Source: Desulfobacterales bacterium (GTDB taxonomy: Bacteria > Desulfobacterota > Desulfobacteria > Desulfobacterales > JAIPEE01). From it: a stretch of 64,000 nucleotides of DNA. A model generated the notes under the pieces. It was not told the DNA's origin. It made no database searches and saw nothing but the letters and a program-made list of their open reading frames with translations. Below are positions 32,801-42,538 of the stretch, one piece after another. How positions within the stretch are numbered: the first letter of the stretch is position 1; every line of letters starts with the position of its first letter. The position numbers were made by a program, and so were the translations under genes. The stretch is taken from positions 24,655-88,654 of the forward strand of contig JAIPEE010000008.1 of assembly GCA_021737275.1 (NCBI GenBank). Reading direction: 5' to 3'.

Positions 32801-33365
32801 CAAGTCTGCTGTTCGGTTTGGTGGTATGGTCAGCGCCAACAAAACCTTGCGGACAAAGCGGGGGGATCTTATGGCATTTGTTGCGCTCTCAGATCAGCTA
32901 GGCACTGTTGAGATTACAATTTTTCCGAAACTGTATACTGAGGTGTATGACCTGCTTGTAAATGATTCACCCATATTTGTTCAGGGCATGCTTGAAAAAG
33001 ATGAAAGTTCTGCAAAAATTCTGGCTGATATGATTATTCCCATTGAAAGTGCTGAGGATATCTGGACGGCCGGTGTTCATATAACAATCGATTTATCACG
33101 AACAGAACAAACAGCACTCAAGGAATTGCGAGAGATACTTGCCGATAATTCAGGACCCTGTCAGACAACACTCCACTTACTGGTTCCCGGAAAATCGGAA
33201 ACAATTCTGTCTCTTCCGGAAAACATCAGCATAAAGGCAGGGCCTTTGCTTAAAAGAGAAGTAAAAGCGTTGTTAGGTTATGATGCTGTCGAAACGGTAT
33301 GCAGTATAGCCGTAGCTGCACCTCAGAATACACAAAAAAACGGCTTCAGAAAGAAAGGGCAATAA
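29838..33365 (+). CDS. dnaE: DNA polymerase III alpha subunit
   Basis: 1175 aa; PHP domain FVHLHVHTQYSLLDG; GRGSAAGS; FDFLGLRNLT; C-terminal OB fold. Confidence 0.95.
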   Translation: MAKTAADFVHLHVHTQYSLLDGAIRLNALFKRAKEFGMDSVAITDHGTMFGTVDFYDQAHAAGIKPIIGCECYVAPRTLSDRTQIDSKGLSHLVLLAENQEGYRNLCKLASIAQLEGFYYKPRIDKAVLKEYSKGLIALSACLHGEIPMRIKEGDVEGADEAAHRYLEIFGEGNFFLEVQHNGIDIQDKVNEVLYDMSSRLSIPLVATNDCHYLDKNDVRAHEVLLCVQTGKTINDPDRFRFSTDQLYFKSKEEMGAYFSDYPEALANTAEIAERCNIEFDYNTYHFPQFASENGKSADKLFEDQAREGFEKKLKLIRGKNPDIDEKVYRDRLEYEVSVINDMGFPGYFLIVSDFIKWAKANNVPVGPGRGSAAGSIVAYSMSITDLDPIEHGLIFERFLNPARKSMPDIDVDFCINGREKVFNYVVDKYGGGDYVAQIITYGKLKTRAVLRDVGRALDIPLQEVDAIAKMVPDVLNISLDDALKQEPKIVALADQKPEVAELIKICRTLEGLPRHASTHAAGVVIGDKPLSEYLPLYKGKKGEVVTQFDMKRVEKIGLVKFDFLGLRNLTVIADALSMIEKQGKPPLDLSNLDFDDPDTYKLLCAGDTTGVFQLESSGMKDLLTRLRPASFPDVTALVALYRPGPLDSGMVDDFVERKHGRKKVEYLVPELEPIIKETYGVIVYQEQVMKIAGSLARYSMAEADDLRKAMGKKVYEILQRHRERFITGSVENNIPEDKATQIFDLMEKFGGYGFNKSHSAAYALIAYQTAYLKAHYPVEFMAALLTCEMNSIDGVVKFINECRAHDIPILPPDINESDVAFKVDNGQIRFGLVAVKNVGEGAIESIIKTKEEGGRFSSLFEFCERVDLRKVNKRVLESLIKCGAFDSTGAYRSRMMAALEDALDYGQCIQKEKADPQMGLFSTGDGNKEPINVPILSEIDEWDNKQLLEYEKESLGFYITGHPLGRFQETIEKFASVNSVTIMDAPDKSAVRFGGMVSANKTLRTKRGDLMAFVALSDQLGTVEITIFPKLYTEVYDLLVNDSPIFVQGMLEKDESSAKILADMIIPIESAEDIWTAGVHITIDLSRTEQTALKELREILADNSGPCQTTLHLLVPGKSETILSLPENISIKAGPLLKREVKALLGYDAVETVCSIAVAAPQNTQKNGFRKKGQ

Positions 33366-33367
33366 GA

Positions 33368-34726
33368 ATGGTTGATGTAAAACAACCGGTTTATCCTATC
33401 CTGCTCGCCGGTGGTACCGGTTCACGCTTATGGCCTGTTTCCAGAGAGCTTTACCCCAAGCAACTGGTAAATTTTATCGGCAAGGATTCACTTGTCCAAA
33501 GTACTATAAAAAGGCTTGCACCTGTCGTTGACCCGAATAATGCCCGTATCGTATGTGGTGTGGATCATATTCATGAAATGGCCAGGCATATGGCGGATAT
33601 AGGAATTAAACCTGAAGGAAAGATTATCAGTGAACCTTGTGGCCGAAATACTGCACCGGCCATATTGCTTGCTGTTATACATGTACTCAAAGTGGAAAAA
33701 GATGCCATTCTGTGTATTTTTCCTGCCGACCATGTTATCCGTGATATAGATATGTTTCATGAAAAAGTAGAGCTGGGCATAGAACTTGCCGAAACCGGTC
33801 ATGTTGTAACGTTTGGCATCGAACCGCATTATCCTGAGACCGGATATGGTTATATTGAAGGTGGTGATAGAATTACTAAGGGCGCACTGGCTATAAAACG
33901 TTTTGTTGAAAAACCTGATCATAAAACAGCTGAAGCATATATTGAAGCCGGTAATTTCTTCTGGAACAGCGGCATGTTTGTCTTTAAAGCCTCTATTATG
34001 CTTGAAGAGTTCAGAAAATTGCAGCCGGATCTTCTGGGGTTGATGGAAAATATTCTTTCGGAATCAGATTCACCATCAAAGTCCGATTATGAATTACTAC
34101 CGGATCTTTCCATTGACTATGCCATTATGGAAAAGACTGACAGGGGTGTGGTGGTGCCCTCCGGGTTTGGGTGGAGTGATATCGGATCCTGGAAATCACT
34201 TTATGATTTTCTGCCGAAAAATGGTAACAACAATGTGATCGATGGTGATGTCATTGTTCAGAACGCTCATAACTGCTTTATTCAGGGTTATGAACGGCTA
34301 ATTGCAGTTAACAACATCAGGGACATCGTTGTCATTGAAACACCTGACTCCATATTTATTTCTGATATGGAGACCAGCCGGGATGTGAAGACTATTGTTT
34401 CAACGCTCAAGGAAACAGGACGTGATGAGTATCACCAGCACCGAACCGTTTACCATCCCTGGGGGAAAAAAACATTACTTGAAGCAAAAGAAAAATACAA
34501 AGTTACACGTCTTGTGATAAGGCCCGAATGCCTTTATCCTGCAGATGCTGAAGGCTCACCGGCTAAAAACATACTGGTGGTTTCCGGTAGTGCCAGGCTG
34601 GTTGCCGACAAGAAAGTTCAAGAACTGGCGGTTGGTCAATCCGCCCTTATCTCTAAAAAGTTTAGTAGCAATATTGAAAACAGCGGTGATGATCAGTTAG
34701 TTATTATTCAAACCGAAATATATTAA
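33368..34726 (+). CDS. manC: Mannose-1-phosphate guanylyltransferase / mannose-6-phosphate isomerase
   Basis: Start moved to ATG 33368, 2 bp after the dnaE stop. ILLAGGTGSRLWPVSR; C-terminal cupin domain. Confidence 0.85.
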   Translation: MVDVKQPVYPILLAGGTGSRLWPVSRELYPKQLVNFIGKDSLVQSTIKRLAPVVDPNNARIVCGVDHIHEMARHMADIGIKPEGKIISEPCGRNTAPAILLAVIHVLKVEKDAILCIFPADHVIRDIDMFHEKVELGIELAETGHVVTFGIEPHYPETGYGYIEGGDRITKGALAIKRFVEKPDHKTAEAYIEAGNFFWNSGMFVFKASIMLEEFRKLQPDLLGLMENILSESDSPSKSDYELLPDLSIDYAIMEKTDRGVVVPSGFGWSDIGSWKSLYDFLPKNGNNNVIDGDVIVQNAHNCFIQGYERLIAVNNIRDIVVIETPDSIFISDMETSRDVKTIVSTLKETGRDEYHQHRTVYHPWGKKTLLEAKEKYKVTRLVIRPECLYPADAEGSPAKNILVVSGSARLVADKKVQELAVGQSALISKKFSSNIENSGDDQLVIIQTEIY

Positions 34727-34740
34727 AAACTGGAAAATTA

Positions 34741-35877
34741 ATGAAAGTACCACTACTGGATATCAGACGCCAGTATCCGACCATAGAAAATGAGGCTCTG
34801 GCTGTTACGCAGGAGATATATAAAAACCAGTCATTTGTGCTGGGGTCATATGTAGAAACTCTGGAAAATGAGATTGCGGCTTACTGTAATACACCTTATG
34901 CCGTGGGTGTTTCTTCCGGCACGGACGCGCTGCTGATTTCCCTGATGGCTGCTGATATTGGAAAAAATGATTTTGTCATCACATCTCCCTACACTTTTTT
35001 TGCTACGGCCGGTGCTATCAAAAGAGTTGGCGCAGATCCCGTTTTTGTTGATATTGATCCTGATTCATACAATATGGATCCATCCTTACTGGATGACTGT
35101 CTGCTAAAAATGTCGAAAGGTAAACGTGAAAAGGTCAAAGCCATAGTTCCGGTTCACCTCTATGGTCAGTGTTGTGATATGACCGCCATTTGTGAGATTG
35201 CTGAAAAATATGATCTTGTTGTAATTGAAGATGCAGCCCAGGCTATCGGCTCAGAACATGACAGTAAAAGAGCGGGATCCATGGGTGACTATGGATGTTT
35301 CTCATTTTATCCGTCCAAAAACCTTGGTGCATTTGGAGATGGCGGTGTTGTAACCACTACATCAGAAGCAAACGCCGTTAAACTGAAAAATCTCCGTGTT
35401 CATGGTTCCCACGTAAGATATTATCATAATGCGGTTGGTGGCAACTTCAGACTGGATGCACTTCAGGCGGCTATCGTGAGCATAAAGCTTAAACACCTTG
35501 ATACTTGGACAGCGGCCCGTCAGGAAAAAGCACAAAAATATAGAACACTTTTTAAAAATACAAGTGCAGTTGACCATATAAAGTTGCCAAAAGAAACCCA
35601 GACGCGTCATGTTTATAATCAGTTTGTCGCTTTTGTGAAAGAGGGCAGGGATGAGCTCAGGGCGTTTCTGTCTGAAGCAGGTGTTGGAAATGATGTTTAC
35701 TATCCTGTCCCTTTGCACCTGCAGGCGTGTTTCAGTTATCTTGGTTATAAAGAGGGCGATTTTCCAATTTCAGAAAAAGCGGCAAAACACACCATTGCGC
35801 TTCCTATTTTTCCTGAACTTATCAATGAAGAGCAGGAATATGTAGTTGAAAAAGTTTATGAATTTTTTAATGGCTAA
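34741..35877 (+). CDS. DegT/DnrJ/EryC1/StrS family sugar aminotransferase
   Basis: FE.E.A.Y; SGTDALL; FSFYPSKNLGA (PLP lysine). Confidence 0.85.
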   Translation: MKVPLLDIRRQYPTIENEALAVTQEIYKNQSFVLGSYVETLENEIAAYCNTPYAVGVSSGTDALLISLMAADIGKNDFVITSPYTFFATAGAIKRVGADPVFVDIDPDSYNMDPSLLDDCLLKMSKGKREKVKAIVPVHLYGQCCDMTAICEIAEKYDLVVIEDAAQAIGSEHDSKRAGSMGDYGCFSFYPSKNLGAFGDGGVVTTTSEANAVKLKNLRVHGSHVRYYHNAVGGNFRLDALQAAIVSIKLKHLDTWTAARQEKAQKYRTLFKNTSAVDHIKLPKETQTRHVYNQFVAFVKEGRDELRAFLSEAGVGNDVYYPVPLHLQACFSYLGYKEGDFPISEKAAKHTIALPIFPELINEEQEYVVEKVYEFFNG

Positions 35878-35955
35878 ACCAAATTGAATTTACTTTTTTT
35901 CTATGAAAAGCTTTAATACCGTATTTTATTTAAAACCGAAAAACAGGTGATCGGT

Positions 35956-36870
35956 ATGGATCGAAGAAAATTTTTACAACAGGTAGCCCTATGGTCGGCA
36001 GGCATTATTGTGATGCCTCCGGTTTTTAGAATTACCCCGGATCTGTTTGCCGGAATAATTTCCAGTCCAAAGCTGGTTGTTGCTGAAGGAAAAAACTATA
36101 CAACTCTTGTTGTAAAAGCGCTTGAACCATTTGGCGGTATCGCTGCTTTTGTAAAACAGGGAGACAAAGTTGTTGTTAAACCCAATATCGGGTGGGACAG
36201 AAACCCGGCGCAGGCTGCCAATACACACCCGCTTATTGTCAGTTCATTATGTTCACTGGCACTTGATGCCGGGGCTTCAGAAGTAAAAGTCTTTGATCGT
36301 ACCTGTAATGAAGAGCGACGTAGTTATAATAATAGTGGTATCCTTTCTGCGCTTGAAAAAATCAAAGACAAGCGTCTGAATTGCACCTATATTGACCGCC
36401 GGAAGTTTGTACCCATTCAAATTGATAATGGCAGATCCCTGAAAGAGTGGGAATTCTACAAAGATGCCCTTGAAGCAGATTGTTATATCAATGTGCCTAT
36501 TGCCAAACACCACAGCCTGGCCGGGTTGACATTGGGACTTAAAAACATCATGGGCGTGATCGGTGGCATGAGGGGTATCATTCATCAGGATATGGGTCAG
36601 AACCTGGCGGATTTAAATACGGTTATTACACCGAATTTGACGGTTATTGATGCCACACGAATTCTTTTAAGAAATGGTCCTTCAGGCGGCCGATTAAAAG
36701 ATGTTAAAGTCATGGATACGGTAATTGTAACCGCCGACCCTGTTGCGGCCGATGCATATGCAACCACCCTGTTTGACATGAAGCCGGATGCTATTGATTC
36801 TACAAAGGCAGCTTATAAGATGGGCATGGGAGAAATGGACCCGGCAAAAATGGATATTATCCGTCTTTAA
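35956..36870 (+). CDS. Tat-signal DUF362 domain protein
   Basis: MDRRKFLQQVALWSAGIIV twin-arginine leader; VVKPNIGW and HH..AGLT motifs recalled for DUF362. Confidence 0.7.
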   Translation: MDRRKFLQQVALWSAGIIVMPPVFRITPDLFAGIISSPKLVVAEGKNYTTLVVKALEPFGGIAAFVKQGDKVVVKPNIGWDRNPAQAANTHPLIVSSLCSLALDAGASEVKVFDRTCNEERRSYNNSGILSALEKIKDKRLNCTYIDRRKFVPIQIDNGRSLKEWEFYKDALEADCYINVPIAKHHSLAGLTLGLKNIMGVIGGMRGIIHQDMGQNLADLNTVITPNLTVIDATRILLRNGPSGGRLKDVKVMDTVIVTADPVAADAYATTLFDMKPDAIDSTKAAYKMGMGEMDPAKMDIIRL

Positions 36871-36872
36871 TT

Positions 36873-38426
36873 ATGAAACTTAGATTCCCCTGGCGATTAA
36901 TACGACGTATTTCTCAATTACTTTTTCTGGCGGTATTCCTGTTTCTGTTCCGGAATACGGATTATAGCGGCAGCGACGAAATTCCTTATGCGGTAAATCT
37001 CTTTTTCAGGTGGGATCCGCTTGTTGCTGCATCAGTAATGCTGGCCGCCAGACAATTTATTACTATTCTTTTCCCCGCACTGATTATAGTTGTTCTCACG
37101 CTGGTGTTCGGCAGGGTCTTTTGCGGCTGGATCTGCCCGTTGGGCACACTTCTTGATATTGCCGGAAAATTTATCAAACGGCATGAGAACGTGAATATAA
37201 GGTTGCCGTATATTAAGTATGTACTGCTTGTAATTATTCTGGTCTCATCTTTTTTTCACCTTCAGCTTATCGGCTTTTTCGATCCGTTTTCCTTACTGGT
37301 TCGCGGTATGGTGTTTACAATAGATCCGGTATTTAAATTTTTGTCGGATTCAATTTTTAATTTAATTTATCTTCATGCACCGGACTGGATAACTTCTGTA
37401 AGCGAGCCCGGTTATGATTTCTTCAAATCATTTATACTACCTTATAAACAATCCTACTTTCGTCTTGCACTGATTTCATTCGTTATTTTACTTATAATAT
37501 TTCTGCTTGAAAAAATTGACCGGCGATTCTGGTGTAAAAATATCTGTCCATTAGGCGCTTTACTGGCACTTTTTGCCAGGTATTCAACCTTTCGCAGAAA
37601 GCCGGTGCGTATCTGCAGTAAGTGCACCGAATGTGAAACGATGTGCCGAATGAATGCCTTTGATGAAAAAGGTTTCATGGTGACAGAGGAATGCAATCTG
37701 TGTATGGATTGTTTGAATGACTGCCCGCAGAAAATTGTCAGATTCAGTTTTATCCGCCCGAGAAACAGATCACCCATTAATTTCAGCCGCCGGGCATTTA
37801 TTCAATCCGGTTTGTTTGGCGCCGCATTTCCCGCATTATCATCCGTAAGTATATTTAATAAAGTTCCCCAACCTAATACCCTCAGACCGCCCGGTGCGCT
37901 GCCGGAAAAAGAGTTTCTATCCATGTGTGTGAGATGTGGGGAGTGTATGAAAGTATGTATTCAGAATGCGCTTCAGCCTCAGTTTATGGAAAACGGTTAT
38001 GAGGGAATGTTCGCTCCTTCTCTTCTGCCACGTGTCGGATATTGTGAGTTTAACTGTACTTTGTGCGGCCAGGTTTGTCCTACAGGCGCCATACGTAAAT
38101 TAAGCTTAAGGGAGAAGCACCGCTTTGTTATCGGTAAGGCGATTATTGATAAAAACCGCTGTTTGCCTTATGCACAAAATACACCCTGTATCGTCTGTGA
38201 AGAACATTGTCCGACATACGATAAAGCAATAAAGATAACGTATACTATAAAAAATAACAGTCAGGGAAAGCCTGTTGAGTTAAGACTACCTTATGTCGTT
38301 AATAATCTGTGTATCGGGTGCGGTATTTGTGAGAAGAAATGTCCGGTTCAGGGCCATTCTGCCATTCGGGTGATTTCGGATAGGTATATTCCTGATGAAA
38401 ATATGACCGGTGCTGGATACGGATAA
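36873..38426 (+). CDS. Membrane polyferredoxin: NapH-like N-terminal half fused to NapG-like C-terminal half
   Basis: CGWICPLG and CKNICPLGAL membrane motifs. About six CxxCxxCxxxC(P)-type clusters. Internal SRRAFIQSGLFGAAFPAL (aa ~305-322) followed by LRPPGALPEKEF...CVRCGECMKVC. Confidence 0.75.
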   Translation: MKLRFPWRLIRRISQLLFLAVFLFLFRNTDYSGSDEIPYAVNLFFRWDPLVAASVMLAARQFITILFPALIIVVLTLVFGRVFCGWICPLGTLLDIAGKFIKRHENVNIRLPYIKYVLLVIILVSSFFHLQLIGFFDPFSLLVRGMVFTIDPVFKFLSDSIFNLIYLHAPDWITSVSEPGYDFFKSFILPYKQSYFRLALISFVILLIIFLLEKIDRRFWCKNICPLGALLALFARYSTFRRKPVRICSKCTECETMCRMNAFDEKGFMVTEECNLCMDCLNDCPQKIVRFSFIRPRNRSPINFSRRAFIQSGLFGAAFPALSSVSIFNKVPQPNTLRPPGALPEKEFLSMCVRCGECMKVCIQNALQPQFMENGYEGMFAPSLLPRVGYCEFNCTLCGQVCPTGAIRKLSLREKHRFVIGKAIIDKNRCLPYAQNTPCIVCEEHCPTYDKAIKITYTIKNNSQGKPVELRLPYVVNNLCIGCGICEKKCPVQGHSAIRVISDRYIPDENMTGAGYG

Positions 38427-38430
38427 TAAG

Positions 38431-39444
38431 TTAACGGGCGATTTCCATTTTATATGCGGTCTCAGCCTCTTTTTGTATCATCTCTTCCATCCCGGAATAT
38501 CTTGGAGAAAAATGAAATGGTATCATTTTTTTTACAGCGGCTTTTCCGGCTATTACTCCTGCCTGACGGGCTGTCAGGTGATATTTTTCGGCAGCAAGAT
38601 CTTTGTCTGCATCCAGAAATGCGGTTTCGATAAAAAGGTAGTCCGCACCATTTACAAACGCAATAATTTTTTCTGAGTTTTCCTTACTGCAAACAACATC
38701 TGCAATATAACTGATTTTCTGGCCCGGCGAGACCATTGCAATTTTTTCTTTTAGCTCACCCAGTTTGAAAGTATTCCGTCCGCCTTTCACCTTATTGTCC
38801 GGTACTTCAAACTGTGTATCATGAGAATCATTATTATAAAGGGCTTCTTTAAATTTATGAATCCACGGGCCCGTTTCAAGGCCGAGATGATTCAGACCGT
38901 CTTTTTTAATATTGATGTGGAACCGTTCTTCAATGGAATATCCCAGACAGGGGATGCTATGGTCTAAAATAATACCTGATACGGATATTGCCGGTTCACT
39001 CAAAAGTTTGCCGGAAAAAGTTTCAGACAATGAAGATGTGGCCTTATTAAATCCCTTCCGGCACCGGTATGTCTGCCGGATAATCTGTTTCCGGGTGACT
39101 TCGGCAACATGCAAGGTAAAGGAATGCTCATAATGTTCCACCAGATTCCATGTATACCCGGCCAGTTTTCCCTCAATATTTTTTATAAACCCCTTTGGTC
39201 CATATATATAAAGATTTTTTTCTCGTCCGAGAAAAAGCCGCAGCACACGTTCAAACCCCGTAAAGTGGTCCATGTGTGTATGCGTTACAAAAATATGACT
39301 GAGCTTAAGAATATCCCTTGATGAAAGGGCATGAATATCACCTAAATCAAAAAGAATAGCCCGATGATTATATGAAAAAGGTATAAACAACAATGGATCA
39401 TCAAATGGCCCGTTAACAAGCCTGGGATTTAATGATGGCCGCAT
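38431..39444 (-). CDS. MBL-fold metallo-hydrolase (RNase Z-like)
   Basis: VTHTHMDHFTGF (HxHxDH) motif; 337 aa. Confidence 0.8.
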   Translation of the reverse strand: MRPSLNPRLVNGPFDDPLLFIPFSYNHRAILFDLGDIHALSSRDILKLSHIFVTHTHMDHFTGFERVLRLFLGREKNLYIYGPKGFIKNIEGKLAGYTWNLVEHYEHSFTLHVAEVTRKQIIRQTYRCRKGFNKATSSLSETFSGKLLSEPAISVSGIILDHSIPCLGYSIEERFHINIKKDGLNHLGLETGPWIHKFKEALYNNDSHDTQFEVPDNKVKGGRNTFKLGELKEKIAMVSPGQKISYIADVVCSKENSEKIIAFVNGADYLFIETAFLDADKDLAAEKYHLTARQAGVIAGKAAVKKMIPFHFSPRYSGMEEMIQKEAETAYKMEIAR

Positions 39445-39447
39445 AGG

Positions 39448-39867
39448 TCAGGGCAGAAACTTTGTTACCTGCTGGTTAATACAATAATAAATTTCTTCAT
39501 CTGAGCCAAAGATATCTTCAACATCCTTATGGTTTATAAGGTCTTCAATCACAAATGATGTGAGATAAAGACTGACAACATGCGGCTGTTTTATAAGATT
39601 TCTTAAAGGCGCGATTTTGTAATCAATGTCGAAATCTTCACTGTAGCTGAGTTTTTCAAGGCATTTCAGAAACTGATCTTCAAGCGAATTTTTATTATTT
39701 GTTTCAATAAGGCTATTTTCAACCATTTTCATAGCCAGGGCATTACTTAAAGGGTCTATACAATCTTTGATGCCCATAATCGCTTTTCTGCGGGCATGCT
39801 CCTTGGAAGACTCGATTTTTGACAAAATACTGGATTCACGTGAGCTTGGTCGAAATACTTTTGCCAT
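39448..39867 (-). CDS. Hypothetical protein (possibly DUF507-like, unverified)
   Basis: 139-aa ORF that ends 3 bp upstream of the MBL gene start on the same strand and lies downstream of recJ. No motif recognised. Confidence 0.55.
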   Translation of the reverse strand: MAKVFRPSSRESSILSKIESSKEHARRKAIMGIKDCIDPLSNALAMKMVENSLIETNNKNSLEDQFLKCLEKLSYSEDFDIDYKIAPLRNLIKQPHVVSLYLTSFVIEDLINHKDVEDIFGSDEEIYYCINQQVTKFLP

Positions 39868-39986
39868 GAAATGTTTCCTTCCCCCTACCTTGTTGCAATG
39901 AAATCTTAAAAATTAACCACATAAAAGGTTAACAATTTTTAGTTAATTTGGCATAATAATGTTACATAAAAAAGAATGCAAGGGAA

Positions 39987-41702
39987 TTATGTTTCCTCTA
40001 CAATAATTTGTAAACTTTTATTACCATTCCATCTGTTCCATCTCAAATGAAACGCAATTTTTTCATAAAACCGGGCTTCAGCCTTTTCCGGATCTACATT
40101 GAAATAGATTGCATTTATACCATGCCCGTCACTTTTTGCGTTATGAGAAAGCTTCATACGCCGATGAGCTTTGCCGACAATATCAGATGAGACAACATGA
40201 ATGTTCCTGGCCATAAACAACGGTTCACGGTTGCCTTCCCCAAAGGGTTGAAGCATTTCGAGCTGATCCATGAGCAGCGGTGAGATTTCTTTTAGATTCA
40301 ATTCAAAGTCAATTTCAATTTTTGGAACAAGTGTACATTGGAACAGGCTTTTTTCAGCCGCTTTATCAAAATTGCTGCAAAAACAGTTGATATCTTTTTT
40401 GTTGATGGTTAGGCCTGCAGCCATGGCATGGCCGCCAAATGCTTCCAGATCATCTTCACAAGATTTAAACAGGCGATAAAGATCAATGCCGGGTATGGAT
40501 CTCGCCGAACCCTTTCCTATGCCATTGGCAGTTGATATTAACACAACAGGGCGATAAAAACGTTCGGCAAGCCTTGAGGCGACTATTCCCAGTACACCCT
40601 CATGCCAGGCGTCATCAGAAAGGACAAGCGTATGTCCTTTCAAAAATTCAGGGTTTTCATCAAGCCTGACAAAAATGTCCTCAAGCATCTGCTGCTCTAT
40701 ATCCTGCCGGTCAATGTTCATTTTATTAAGGGTTTCTGCAAGACGGGTTGCCTGGTGCTGCTTTCCGGATAAAATCAGCTCAAAAGCAGTGTTAGCATGG
40801 CCGATTCGCCCGGCGGCATTAATTCTCGGTGCCAGTCTGAACGCAATATCTTCTGATACGATAGCTGTTCCATTATTTCCAGCGGCTTTGACAAGAGACC
40901 GGAGGCCAATCCGGTTTCCGGTGTTGAGGACTTCCAGGCCTGCGTTGGTCAGAATCCGGTTTTCTTTATGAAGCGGAACCACATCAGCAATGGTGCCTAA
41001 TGCAACCAGATCACAGTATCTCTTAAGGTTAGGCTCCTTTCGCTTTGTCCAGAATCCCTCATCTCGAAGGTGCATTCTCAGGGCGGCAACCAGATAAAAT
41101 GCTACCCCTACACCGGCCAGCATCTCAAATCCGGCTGAGCAGTCCTCCCGCTTGGGATTGATGATAGCCACGGCATTCGGATAGGGCTTGAAAATATTAT
41201 GATGGTCGGTGATGATGATATCAATATTTTTGCTGTTAGCCAGTTCAACGGCATCATGGCTGCCTGATCCGCAATCTACTGTGATAATCAGCTCAATTCC
41301 ATTGGGAACAGCGATATCTGATATATGATTTTTTTTGAGGCCATATCCTTCGGAAATTCGATGGGGAATATGATAGGACACATCCACATCCGTTTGTTTT
41401 ATAAAATCATACAGCACGGCGGTTGCTGTAATGCCGTCCGCGTCATAATCGCCAAAAATAAGTATCTTTTGAGATTTGTTAATTGCATCATAAATTCGTC
41501 TGACCGCTTTGTCCATATCTTTAATTGTATGTGGCAGGCGAATATCTTTCAGGGAATCCGACAGAAATTGTTTCGCTTCTTTTACAGACCTGATGTTTCT
41601 ATTGGCCAGTATGGCAGCGATAGAAGGTTGACAGTGAAGTGCCGACCGGATTTCATTAACAATACTGATGTCCGGTTCCGATATGTGCCAGCGTTTCTTC
41701 AT
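39987..41702 (-). CDS. recJ: Single-stranded-DNA-specific exonuclease RecJ
   Basis: Start moved to ATG 41702 (MKKRWHI). DHH motifs: IFGDYDADGITA, VDCG, ITDHH, GGHAMAAG. Confidence 0.9.
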   Translation of the reverse strand: MKKRWHISEPDISIVNEIRSALHCQPSIAAILANRNIRSVKEAKQFLSDSLKDIRLPHTIKDMDKAVRRIYDAINKSQKILIFGDYDADGITATAVLYDFIKQTDVDVSYHIPHRISEGYGLKKNHISDIAVPNGIELIITVDCGSGSHDAVELANSKNIDIIITDHHNIFKPYPNAVAIINPKREDCSAGFEMLAGVGVAFYLVAALRMHLRDEGFWTKRKEPNLKRYCDLVALGTIADVVPLHKENRILTNAGLEVLNTGNRIGLRSLVKAAGNNGTAIVSEDIAFRLAPRINAAGRIGHANTAFELILSGKQHQATRLAETLNKMNIDRQDIEQQMLEDIFVRLDENPEFLKGHTLVLSDDAWHEGVLGIVASRLAERFYRPVVLISTANGIGKGSARSIPGIDLYRLFKSCEDDLEAFGGHAMAAGLTINKKDINCFCSNFDKAAEKSLFQCTLVPKIEIDFELNLKEISPLLMDQLEMLQPFGEGNREPLFMARNIHVVSSDIVGKAHRRMKLSHNAKSDGHGINAIYFNVDPEKAEARFYEKIAFHLRWNRWNGNKSLQIIVEET

Positions 41703-41861
41703 GGGCTGCCATATATAATAATATTGAGACAGGAACAATAGAAAACACCTGTAGAAAGATGTTTTCAGGCAATCCATAAAAATTCGGGATTTTCTATTGA
41801 AAACAAACGGATAAAAATGTTACTTTAAAATTTTATAAAAACAGGTGTCTTAAGAGCTTTC

Positions 41862-42116
41862 TTGATGATACACGCTGAAAGAGATAATGACTTGAGAACA
41901 GTTGAACAATACTACCGTGTAGAACGTAGCGGAATAAGTTTTTTAAAATTTATTCTTGAAGCATATGATGGTATAGCTGTGTTGACCACTATTGATCCGG
42001 TATCAGGTCAAATTATTCTTAAAATATCTCCTGGCTGTGAACCTGAAGTTGAAATGATTTTGGATGATTTGAAAAAAAAGATGATGATTGAACAGATTAA
42101 AAAGGAAGAAGAATGA
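41862..42116 (+). CDS. DUF4911 domain protein
   Basis: ISFLKFILEAYDGIAVLTTID motif; upstream of miaB. Confidence 0.65.
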   Translation: MMIHAERDNDLRTVEQYYRVERSGISFLKFILEAYDGIAVLTTIDPVSGQIILKISPGCEPEVEMILDDLKKKMMIEQIKKEEE

Positions 42117-42532
42117 AAAAGGGAATCGTTTTCAGCATATTGTTTTTTGTATTTATATTATTAACGGGTATGGCCGGATTTGATGAGGGGGGGATCGTTG
42201 AAGCCCCCGAACCGGAAATTAATTTTACTGCCAAACTCGTTGACCAGTCAGGTATGTCTGTTGAGCTTAGTGAAATTTCATTTGACGGTAAAACCTGTAT
42301 AAAAGGAAAATTGGGGTATTCGGAACTTTCTGTCAGTTTTGAAAAAATTAATAATATTTCATATATTCTAAATGATGATCAATTGACAGCTACGTTGAAG
42401 CTGCTTGATGGGGAAAAAATTGAAATGACTGTTGATAAAAACATGGCCTTTTACGGGGTCTCTTCGTATGGTGATATCAGAATAGCATCAAAGGACATTA
42501 ATAAAATTGTGATGCAGGGCAAGGTTGAATAA
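42113..42532 (+). CDS. Hypothetical exported protein
   Basis: N-terminal hydrophobic signal-like segment; 4-bp overlap with the upstream gene. Confidence 0.55.
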   Translation: MKKGIVFSILFFVFILLTGMAGFDEGGIVEAPEPEINFTAKLVDQSGMSVELSEISFDGKTCIKGKLGYSELSVSFEKINNISYILNDDQLTATLKLLDGEKIEMTVDKNMAFYGVSSYGDIRIASKDINKIVMQGKVE

Positions 42533-42538
42533 AAGATT

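Noticed and set aside
38426-38431. Convergent genes (polyferredoxin and MBL hydrolase) separated by only 4 bp, with no room for terminators
   Set aside because: Tight convergent packing is common in compact bacterial genomes, and no additional signal is visible.
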